A DNA stretch of 63,885 nucleotides, counting the filler, from Craspedostauros australis (taxonomy: Eukaryota): assembly GCA_030167865.1 (NCBI GenBank). It is 7 parts of 7 records of this genome, joined end to end, with 100 filler letters (N's around TTAATTAATTAA, not from the genome) between each part and the next. Parts side by side here need not be neighbours in the genome. Positions count along the whole stretch, not along the records: positions 1 to 19,915 come from JALAGF010005960.1; 6 more parts are not named here. One strand, written 5' to 3'. The notes under the pieces are model-generated. The model saw nothing but the letters and a program-made list of their open reading frames with translations, was not told the DNA's origin and ran no database searches. The number at the start of each line of letters is the position of its first letter. Within the stretch, counting starts at the first letter, position 1. Both the position numbers and the translations under genes were made by a program. Of the stretch, positions 1 to 9,046 are shown piece after piece.

Positions 1-330
1 TGATACACTCCTTGTTGTGAACCAGATTGTGACCGCATGCCATGAATCCAACAAAGACACATGCTCTGTTTGTTTGTTTTTCCCTGTGTTGTTTCAGCCA
101 CAAACATTCCGCCTCGGTTGCTTGTGACTGTACGGTCATAGAATCTTTGACCAATACGAGCTACGCGACTCGTTTGACCCTAAAACTCGCTCTGTATCGT
201 CACATTTCGGTTGCATTCGGGATGTACCTGCTGCATGCCCCACATGTGGACACCACAGGGCGCTCATCCCACCAGTCACGAGCAGAGCCCATGACTGACC
301 ACCCATGGGTACTGTCGCGCAGCGCCGAGG

Positions 331-3300
331 TCAAAAGAGGACCCGTTGTGCTTGTTCTTTTCGTCTCGGTCCTTGTTGTTGCTTCGTGAGCATGTCAGAT
401 AGATTGGTTTCCGACGGTTCATGTTGAACCACCAAGATGCCCGCAGCGATGCTTTCTCTTACGAAGTGATATGCGATGGCATTGGCTTTCTTCCGCAATT
501 GTGATTCCGGTAGTGAGGAGTTGTATACCACACTCTGATTGTCGACCCTCACATCCGCTGGACCATCCAGTGGAATGCCCATCATGCGGAGCTTGTATCT
601 CATGCCGATGATGATCTCGGTTGCGACCTTGAGCGCCGTGAACTCGCTGCCGAATGTGGATGTCTCAATGCTGTTCTGTTTCTTGCTGTACCANNNNNNN
701 NNNNNNNNNNNNNNGAATAAAAGCACACCAGTGCGTGAGCGTCGCGTGACGCGGTCACCTGCATGATCAGCATCAACAAAGCACGTCATTTGAACCTCCT
801 TTCCACAAGGCGGTGGCATGTCAGCAGGCAGTTGCTCATGGGCGTCAGGGTAGAAATCGTTCCAGTTGGGTTGCATCACAGGCGGTTTGTCANNNNNNNN
901 NNNNNNNNNNNNNNNNNNNNNNNNNNNNNNNNNNNNNNNNNNTGTGGATGTCTCAATGCTGTTCTGTTTCTTGCTGTACCACAGTATCGGTGATGTATTC
1001 AAGAATAAAAGCACACCAGTGCGTGAGCGTCGCGTGACGCGGTCACCTGCATGATCAGCATCAACAAAGCACGTCATTTGAACCTCCTTTCCACAAGGCG
1101 GTGGCATGTCAGCAGGCAGTTGCTCATGGGCGTCAGGGTAGAAATCGTTCCAGTTGGGTTGCATCACAGGCGGTTTGTCAATGTATGCATCATCAAAAAC
1201 AAGGCGAGAACGATCGTGAGATTTGAGGTATGCGAACATGTGAAAGAGAGCATGCAAGTGACCAATCCGTGGCGCGACACAGTACGATGCCATCATCGAG
1301 GTCTTGCAGCAAATGTCGATTCGTCCAAGCTCCACAGTCCAGCGCAATATACCAATGAGTTGCTGGTAGAATGTCGTTTGTTCGGAGTCACACAATTGCG
1401 ATCCATCCAATTCCGGTCGATACTTGTTCGGTAGGACGCTGGGTGCTTTGGTCTTGAGTCGCAAGTTGTGGTCGTTGAGGTATTTGGTGACGATTTTGAG
1501 AGCGGATTTGATGTATTCTTGTGAGCCCATGCTCCATTTGGGACGTGACGGATCGGCAGTAAGGTGGAATTGTGAGATGGTAGATCCAAGATATGTTGTT
1601 GGAGGGCCAATGGAACTCGGTTTGAGGAAAAAGTGTGAGTCAATCGCATCAAGGATGCGTCGCGGTTGTTTGGATACAGCGAGGATGTCGTCGGTGTACA
1701 CGAGCACGTATTCGTAATATTCTGACCCATCGCTCGCAACAGCAGGTTTCATCCAGACGTCGCTGTCAGCACGACAGGATGTGAATCCCAACGAATCGCG
1801 CAGTGTCTCTGCCAAGTGTGCTCTCCATGCTGCTCCGCTCGACTTCAATCCGTACAGGGCCCGACAAATGATGGCGATCTTCCCCTGATCAGATCCGAAT
1901 TCCGGACCACATCGTGTGTAAATGCGTTCCCGACACGGCGCATTGAGGTATGCATTCTGAACATCCGCGGCGAGTATATCCAGGTCGTTGAGTGCGGCGA
2001 TTAAGAACGCAATGCGTACGCTTTCGCGTGACACCACACTCGCATATGTGATTGTTGCAGGTGCCTCCGTCATGTGTCCCCCAGCAACAAGTCGCGCCTT
2101 TCTTGTGAGGTCCACCTTGACGGCGAATATCATGTGGCACTCCATGTATTGGTAGCCCACAGGATCGGGAGTATCCAGTTCCTTGATATCGAATGCTGGT
2201 CGTACGGCCTTCATTTCTTTCGCGATGGCCTGTCGCCACAGATCCGTGCCTGTAGCCGCGTCGATTGCGAGTGCGTGGCGCACTGATGTAGGAAGCTCCA
2301 CGCCGAACATCTCGTTCTTTCGGACGTGTCGCCGCTTCGTTGCCATGATGATGCGTTGTCGTTTGCGTAGGGTGCGTGGCACCCACCACTTGAATGCGGG
2401 TTCGTTGATGAGTTTGTTGTCTGCAGCGTATTCGGCAACGTGTACTGGGTCGGCTTCTTTTGCGTCGCGTAGGTGAATCCAGGATGTGGACCCATCCTTC
2501 CATCGGATGCAGAGCTTCCAGTCTTTTGTGGATTTAGAATGAGGAGAAGGAGAAGAAACAGAGGGCAAGCGTTTGTGATCGATAATTTCGTCCATCAGCA
2601 CAGTCGTGTATCCGTCGTCATCGATGCGCGCGTAGATATTCTCCGCGATTTGGTTGGCGCTGAATACTTCGTAATGACCGTCAAGGAATTCGACTTCGTA
2701 TTGCGCGGTATCAAGCATCGGGTTTGGATGGGATCGACCGATGAGATTTCCGTCTGTGTCACGTTTACGTCGTGTGACTGTTCCACGTTGCATCTCGTCC
2801 CCTGTCGGTAGAATGACTTTGGTTGCGATGTATTTGTCGAAGGTTGCACTGTCAACATCGTCTGGTTCCATGATTTGTTCCAATGGTTCGGTATTCTGCA
2901 GGATGGCGATGTCTTCTGCAGTATCGTCGACGTCGTCGCCGTCGTCGTCGATTGTGATGCCCTCCATTCGTTGCTTCCATTTGGATCGAAGTGTGTCCAT
3001 GAATTCATTGCATTTATGTGTGATGATGTCGCTGTGTGTATCGTCGTGAGAGAGAAGCAAAACAGATGATTTGGAGACAACAACGCCATTGGCAGTGAGG
3101 ATGTACGAGCACATTGCATCACCAACAGAGCGACTTGGCCCAAGGTATCGACCAAGTTGCTTAACGTTCATTGATGCATCCTGGATGTTGATATACCATA
3201 CGAAGTCAAACCAGCCGAATTCAGCAATGTGAGAGATGTCAGCAGTGTCACCGGACAAGATGGTGGCGGGTGTCTCGCCGTGAAGATCATGGATGGCGAG

Positions 3301-4521
3301 TGCAGTGTGACTGCGTATCTCGGCACAGTACTCGAAGCAATAGTCCCACAAATACTCTGGTGTATCGGTTGACGTCATCAGCCGTCGGTAGTGACGTCGA
3401 AGCTCACGGATGGTTGCTTCTGCTTTGTTCTGATTGTGAATGTATGCTTCGATTGGTCGGATGGAGACTTGTGCTTTGTGTAGCTTGCGACGGAATTCGC
3501 CGGCTACGAGCTCTTTGGCGTTGTCCAGGATGATGGTGTGTGGGATGCCGTGGTCACGGAATAGTTCGTCAAGTGTGCGATGTGCTTCTTTGCGTTCCGC
3601 CATTGGGTACACCCGGACCCAGTGAAACGGTGTGCAATAGATCATGGCGCATTTGTTGCCACGAATTGACTTGGTCTTTGCGTGCATGGTGTCGGCGTAC
3701 AGTTGGGTGTTGAGCCGACGATATCGTAGTTGCATGGCATATGGGTTGAGACAACGTGTACCTGATGAATGACGAAAGTTACGAATGGCCAGTTGTGTGG
3801 TTGCGTCAAGCGTGCGTGATGCAGCTTCTGTTCCAATGCGCCAGCGTTGTGCGAGGACATCGGGTGTGATAGTCCCCTTTCGATTGGACGTGTGTGCACC
3901 GTGGATATGCATGGACGATATGGTTCGTTGTGATGAGAGAGACGCACGGATGGCGTCTTCGTCGTCCCCTGACGACCACTGGGAGGGGTCCCATGTGGCC
4001 TCTTGTGTCATCATGATGTGTATACAGTCACGATCGGATTGGACTTCTTGTTGTGTTGGCTTCCTCATGTGGAAGTAGGATACAGTGCCTTGCAATCGTA
4101 GAGGGATGTGTAAGTCGTCGTCGGATGAGACCACAGAGTGGTCTTCCGGCTTCCATTCGTGCTCCTTGATCATGAGCAGAGGAACATCATTCACGACTAT
4201 ACCGGCAGCCCTCATTTGGTTTGGGCACAACAAAGGATGTTCAAGACGAGGAAAGTAGATCGATTGTGGAAAGAAAAGAATGAATGTTTGATATGTATTT
4301 GGATCATCGTATGCTATCGCAGCTGTGACGATTGGTGCATTATTGATGGATCCAAGTGAGTCAATAAAGGGAGTTGCAGTGACGGTTTGGTCGGTCTGAT
4401 GTACAATGTACGCAGTGTCACCAAAACAACATGTATCTGCATGTGAGTCGAGCTCTGCCCGTGGGGTATCAGTTGGCAGAGACATGCTGACGGATGTGAG
4501 CCGTCGAATGCGACTTTGTGG
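331..4521 (-). CDS. pol: Copia Pol: protease, integrase, chromo-like segment, reverse transcriptase, RNase H
   Basis: Motifs: PR ELDSHADT; IN YADTM..ILDNAKE..QNKAE; RT KARLVAGG, DVQNAYL, ALYGLKSSG, YVLVYTDD; RH FVDADHAGD..EF..VDNQSV..DMLTK. The frame is open from 4521, directly after the gag stop. The RH part is duplicated around the N gaps at 694-942 (assembly artefact). Confidence 0.95.
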   Translation of the reverse strand, partial: PQSRIRRLTSVSMSLPTDTPRAELDSHADTCCFGDTAYIVHQTDQTVTATPFIDSLGSINNAPIVTAAIAYDDPNTYQTFILFFPQSIYFPRLEHPLLCPNQMRAAGIVVNDVPLLMIKEHEWKPEDHSVVSSDDDLHIPLRLQGTVSYFHMRKPTQQEVQSDRDCIHIMMTQEATWDPSQWSSGDDEDAIRASLSSQRTISSMHIHGAHTSNRKGTITPDVLAQRWRIGTEAASRTLDATTQLAIRNFRHSSGTRCLNPYAMQLRYRRLNTQLYADTMHAKTKSIRGNKCAMIYCTPFHWVRVYPMAERKEAHRTLDELFRDHGIPHTIILDNAKELVAGEFRRKLHKAQVSIRPIEAYIHNQNKAEATIRELRRHYRRLMTSTDTPEYLWDYCFEYCAEIRSHTALAIHDLHGETPATILSGDTADISHIAEFGWFDFVWYINIQDASMNVKQLGRYLGPSRSVGDAMCSYILTANGVVVSKSSVLLLSHDDTHSDIITHKCNEFMDTLRSKWKQRMEGITIDDDGDDVDDTAEDIAILQNTEPLEQIMEPDDVDSATFDKYIATKVILPTGDEMQRGTVTRRKRDTDGNLIGRSHPNPMLDTAQYEVEFLDGHYEVFSANQIAENIYARIDDDGYTTVLMDEIIDHKRLPSVSSPSPHSKSTKDWKLCIRWKDGSTSWIHLRDAKEADPVHVAEYAADNKLINEPAFKWWVPRTLRKRQRIIMATKRRHVRKNEMFGVELPTSVRHALAIDAATGTDLWRQAIAKEMKAVRPAFDIKELDTPDPVGYQYMECHMIFAVKVDLTRKARLVAGGHMTEAPATITYASVVSRESVRIAFLIAALNDLDILAADVQNAYLNAPCRERIYTRCGPEFGSDQGKIAIICRALYGLKSSGAAWRAHLAETLRDSLGFTSCRADSDVWMKPAVASDGSEYYEYVLVYTDDILAVSKQPRRILDAIDSHFFLKPSSIGPPTTYLGSTISQFHLTADPSRPKWSMGSQEYIKSALKIVTKYLNDHNLRLKTKAPSVLPNKYRPELDGSQLCDSEQTTFYQQLIGILRWTVELGRIDICCKTSMMASYCVAPRIGHLHALFHMFAYLKSHDRSRLVFDDAYIDKPPVMQPNWNDFYPDAHEQLPADMPPPCGKEVQMTCFVDADHAGDRVTRRSRTGVLLFLNTSPILWYSKKQNSIETSTXXXXXXXXXXXXXXXXXDKPPVMQPNWNDFYPDAHEQLPADMPPPCGKEVQMTCFVDADHAGDRVTRRSRTGVLLFXXXXXXXWYSKKQNSIETSTFGSEFTALKVATEIIIGMRYKLRMMGIPLDGPADVRVDNQSVVYNSSLPESQLRKKANAIAYHFVRESIAAGILVVQHEPSETNLSDMLTKQQQGPRRKEQAQRVLF

Positions 4522-6015
4522 TCAGGAACGTCCTTGTTGGTTACGACGGGTGGCCATGCTGCCAATACCGGCTTGGTTGCCAGTGCCAGCTTGACCGTCG
4601 CCTTGGTTTGCAGCATCGCGTGGCCCATAGTGCCCATCGGTCTCTGCGTGAGGACGTTTGGATGGCGTGCTTCCGCCCACCAACATGACCCCACGGCGCT
4701 TGTCTCGTTCCGCACACATCTCAAGTGCCTTGGTATTCTGTGCGGATGACATGACCGACCATTCGTCTGGTGAGTAATGGCGATCGGTGATGACCATGTT
4801 TGGGTCGTATTTCTTGGGTTTGCCTTGGCCTCCGCGACCACCCTTGCTTGGTGTTCCATTGCGATTGCCACGACCACCCTTGCCACGGTCCATCGAGCCA
4901 ATGGAGCGTCTGGGTGATGCGATTTGTTTGTGGTCAATGACTTTGCTCAGGACATTGATGGCCCCGGGCAAGCCTTCACGAAGAGCTTCATTGATCTTGA
5001 TAGCAACGCATGCGCTGTCGAGACGAGAATCACGGATGCCGTCGAGGAAGTGGCGTACTTTCGCCGTGTTCACGAGTGGTTCACCGCATCGTGCCATGTC
5101 TTCGAATGCGCCTTTCATGATCTGTGCGTATCGTTCAAATGAGAACTGGCATGACTTGCCGTCATAGAAGCTGGTTGCAATCGTCTTGGATGCTGCTGCC
5201 TTGGTGCGTGCCTGAAAGGAATCGCCGTGATAGTGCTCTTTGAGAGCGATGAATGCTGCACGACCATTGCGTGCGCGCTCGAAGCCTTGGACCCAAGCCC
5301 ATGCAGGTCCGCCGTGCGTGACATGGCGAACGACCTGCCACACTTTTGCGTTGTCAGCATCGTAGCGGATGCCTTCATGGATTGCTCGGTCAATGAGCTC
5401 CTCCTTCATGGTAGGTACACCGAACCCGGTGTTGACAGGAGGCGTACGGTCTTCAGGTTTACGCGTATCTTCACGGATCACGTAGGAAAGCGGAGTGTCA
5501 AGCGCGCCATGGGTGTTCTCCAAGTAGTTCTGGATGTCCTCAAGACTGTCACGGACTCGGTCCACTTTGACCAGCCGTTCTGGCATGTCCAGCTCTGTCT
5601 CTTTCTTGATACGCTGTTCCTCTAAAAAGAGCTCCCACAAAGCAACAAGACAATCCATTGGTGCCTCTGCTGCTGTGAATGGACGTTGGATGCGCTTGAA
5701 GTGAAAGCGAATGTAACGAAGCTGACGGAGTTTGGTCTCGTGGATCCAGCCAACGGTGACCCCGGGATCCTTGACTTGTGGTGGTATGTTGCCCTTGGCG
5801 CCTGCCTTGTATGCTGGGTTTTCGATGAATCCACTACCATCGCAGATGCGCTTGCACAGATCAGTAACGCCTTTGTCATCGATGGAGAGAAAGTCATCGA
5901 ACTTCGTGAGACCCTGATCCTCTAAAGCGTCAGCGATATCATCGTCAGGAAAGTTGAGTACGTTCTTGCAGTAGTCACGTATCTCATTGACGTTGGGATT
6001 CGCAGCGGCTGCCAT
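4522..6015 (-). CDS. gag: Copia Gag (likely start MAAAANPN near 6015; ORF open to 6102)
   Basis: Directly upstream of pol. Contains CoDi-like Gag motifs PLSYVIRE, DNAKVW, RNGRAAFIALKEHYHG, YDGK..FSFERY, KVRHFLDGI, DRHYSPDEW, and an RGG-rich C-terminus. Confidence 0.88.
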   Translation of the reverse strand: MAAAANPNVNEIRDYCKNVLNFPDDDIADALEDQGLTKFDDFLSIDDKGVTDLCKRICDGSGFIENPAYKAGAKGNIPPQVKDPGVTVGWIHETKLRQLRYIRFHFKRIQRPFTAAEAPMDCLVALWELFLEEQRIKKETELDMPERLVKVDRVRDSLEDIQNYLENTHGALDTPLSYVIREDTRKPEDRTPPVNTGFGVPTMKEELIDRAIHEGIRYDADNAKVWQVVRHVTHGGPAWAWVQGFERARNGRAAFIALKEHYHGDSFQARTKAAASKTIATSFYDGKSCQFSFERYAQIMKGAFEDMARCGEPLVNTAKVRHFLDGIRDSRLDSACVAIKINEALREGLPGAINVLSKVIDHKQIASPRRSIGSMDRGKGGRGNRNGTPSKGGRGGQGKPKKYDPNMVITDRHYSPDEWSVMSSAQNTKALEMCAERDKRRGVMLVGGSTPSKRPHAETDGHYGPRDAANQGDGQAGTGNQAGIGSMATRRNQQGRS

Positions 6016-7199
6016 GTTGTTGGTGTTCGTGTATAGTGTTGTTGATGATGATGAGAGAGAAGTAGTGAAGGGAGAGAGAGATTGTGTTGTCAAGAAAATC
6101 ACACTGGGACAAGGTGTGTTTTCGACGTGAAAAAGCGTTTCAACGTGTGTTTTCGCGGTGTCGATCCGCGATGAGAAGCACAGACCGGGCAGTAAGGCAC
6201 ACGATCTTTCCGCTGATGACAGCGTGTGTCTCAGTAGGGATTTCCGTGTGACCCACGGTCGGTGCGTCCACCGGTGTCATCAACACCTCGCGATGCGAAC
6301 GGTGAGATTGCATCCCGCTGATGCCGGTCACTCTGCATCAGCACACCATGGTCAAAGAGGATGCAGCACAGTACAAGCAGTGCCGGCTTGGTGACGGTCC
6401 ACCCTCAGAGCGGGGTCCCAGTATTATCGTCGCCTCTTCAGGCGGTCCCTGCACGCTCGCACATGCCCGCATGAGCGGATGAGAATGATAAACCAAGTTA
6501 CGACACACGTGAAACCGATTTAGAGTGAAAAAGAGTAGGGATGCAGATTATGAGTCTTATCGATGTCGTATGCGTCAGTGCTGTTGTCTCATTGCTGTGT
6601 CGTCCATGATTGGTAGTGGCGGCTGTCGTGTAACGCCGTTTCAACGGTTTCATACATATCCCGGTTTGTCCAGACGTGCTTCCGAGTTGTTTTTCGAGCA
6701 AAATTGGGACACTCTTCGTGATATGATTTGGTCCAACCAGTCTATTGTGAAGCCTTCTCACAAGGTACTCTTAGTATCCTGTTGACAAATCACAACCAAA
6801 CAGCTTAGCGTACATATGCAGAATAGATGAACGCAAAGTTACCTCGAGCTTGTAGTCCTCGAGAGGTCGAAGATGGGATATCTACACATGCTGCGCAAGG
6901 TTATGTTTGTACCATACGAGTACACCTGCTGTGGACTTGATCTGTGAGACAAGGTTGAAGGGCTCTCCGCAGTTGGAACAATGGGCTCTCTCCCTCTCTC
7001 TATCCTCAATGTTCGATACTACGAGCATGAATGAGGTGAGGAAAAGATACTGCAGCCACCACCACCAATGCACACCCCAGCAACCAGATTCTCCTCCCCG
7101 CGCATCATTGGAGCAAGCGAGATACCATGCACAGCATCTCCTTGCCGTTGACGCACCGCCATTACGCTCCAATAAACACTAAAGCAGCGCTGATGAGCC

Positions 7200-8774
7200 A
7201 TGTCATTCGACGCACGAGTGATCCGAGAAGATGAGGCGACAGACTGCGACACCATGATCGCTGATATCGTCGGAGGATCTTTGGCGCATGCTGACATTGG
7301 CATCCAATCCATGCAGTGCGTCGATAACGACGACGACGACGACGACGACGATGTCGGTGACGTGACAGGCGTGATCTTCTATCGCTCGGTGCGATCCACG
7401 TTTTCGAGCTTGAGCATCGCGCAGATCATTGATGACGACCCATGCGCACCCAACGGGAAGGTGGACGTGGAAGACGATCCCATCGTCGTGCGCGTGCAAT
7501 TCGGCGTGACGGAATCGGAGACGTTGTCACCGCAGGATCGCAAACGCGTCAACGAGATGCGTTCGTACTGTCGCAGAACATTCAAGCTGGGCGATAAGAT
7601 CCGCATCACGGGAGGGCAGCGCGAGGCGGTGTCGCATCAGATTCGGACCGAATGGAACAACGCCCGCGTGATTCTCAATGTGGCATCGACCGAGGAGGCC
7701 AATCGGCATGTGCGCATCCAGAAGATCAAGTTCTGGTCGACATTCCAGTGCCAGGCTTGGCAAAAGAGGTTCAATCCCAACATCAACGCGTCGAATGGCA
7801 CTGCCGGAAACAATACGAGCAACAAACAACAGGCGAAACGAAAAGCTGGCACGGAAGGGAGGCAGGATTCCAATGGACATGGCGCCACCGATATTCCCAA
7901 GCGATTGCAAGCCGGCTATGTCGCAGCGTTCCTGGTGCACGCCATCATGCACAAGATCGCGAAAGAAGAAGGCCTGCAGGATGCATTGCAAATGCTCGCA
8001 TCTGATGGCTGCGATTGGACCAAGCTGGACAGCACGCACAATGTAGACGTCAACGGCAAGAGTAGCGTTGGCACCACGGGTGGCACTGCCGAGCTTGCAA
8101 CGCTCAAGGCCCGCGCCATCGCGTACCTCAATTCCGGATCGGGTGTGATTGATGCCGCGGGTGGATCGGGACATGTCTCGATGGCGTTGGGGTTGGCTGG
8201 CGTCCAAAGCACCGTGGTAGATCCCAGACCGACCGTCGGTAAGTTGCCAGGGAGGGATCGCAAGATCTGGAACCGAGCATTGAAGCTCAAGCCACCGCCC
8301 ATGCCACCGCCAACGGCATCGTCCAATCCAGATTCATCAGCAGAAGCATCAAAGCTATATTGCCAGCCGGTACCGTTTCAGGCGCATCGGGCATGGTTCG
8401 GCGCACCACCAGTCGGTGTGGAACGTTCGTTTCGTTTGCCCGACGACGAAGAGAAGGAGATTCCTGTGGTGGCGCACGACAGGTCCTAGCTGCTGCGGGC
8501 TGCCAGCGCATTGGTCGCGCTGCATCCTGACGAAGCCACAGGATGCGTCGTGGAAGTGGCTGTGAGACATCAGATACCATTTGTCATTGTGCCGTGCTGC
8601 GTCTTCTGCCGATTGTTCCCGGAACGCAAAAAGGTCAAGTGCGACGATCCCAACGAGGTGGTCAGCACGTACGATGATCTGTTGGAGTACCTGCAATCGC
8701 AGCACCCCACGATACGGAAGGAGACGTTGCCATTCAATGGCAAGAATACCGTCCTGTGGTCGACCTTCGCGTGA
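7200..8774 (+). pseudogene. Class I SAM-dependent methyltransferase-like gene interrupted by one in-frame TAG (8487-8489)
   Basis: VIDAAGGSG and STVVDPR lie in ORF 7200-8489. The same frame continues after the TAG into LVALHPDEAT..PFVIVPCCVF..LPFNGKN, the conserved C-terminal motifs of this family. Confidence 0.7.
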
Positions 8775-9046
8775 TGAAAGATCAGAGCAGGAAACAATGA
8801 CAATAGGTGGGCAAGCCCGTACTGAGTAGAATTCGTTGTGTGATATTATAGGTGCTCCTGATACGTTGTTCATGAAGGAATACGACTTGTGTGTCGCTAA
8901 AATAAAGTTCGTTCGTTGGGACAACGAAGTCGATTACGTACTATTGGTACATACGCGTGCAATGAATGCCACGGTCGCACGATCGGCGCTTCTGTTAACA
9001 AAATTGCAATCGATGCGTGCGCCTGTGCCTTTGCGAGAGCAACGCA

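Larger units (their letters stand above)
1..6102 (-). mobile_element. Ty1/copia LTR retrotransposon, diatom CoDi type (internal region; LTRs not delimited in this window)
   Basis: Copia domain order Gag-PR-IN-RT-RH on the minus strand. A purine tract followed by TG (AACAAGGAG|TGTATCA, about 16..1) may be the PPT/3' LTR start, which would run off the window. Confidence 0.93.

Noticed and set aside
655..1190. Duplicated RNase H region in pol
   Set aside because: Identical sequence either side of N gaps; an unmerged contig overlap.
6103..6900. 5' LTR and primer-binding site of the copia element
   Set aside because: No match to positions 1-330 and no convincing tRNA-complementary PBS. The 3' LTR probably lies outside the window, so it cannot be delimited.
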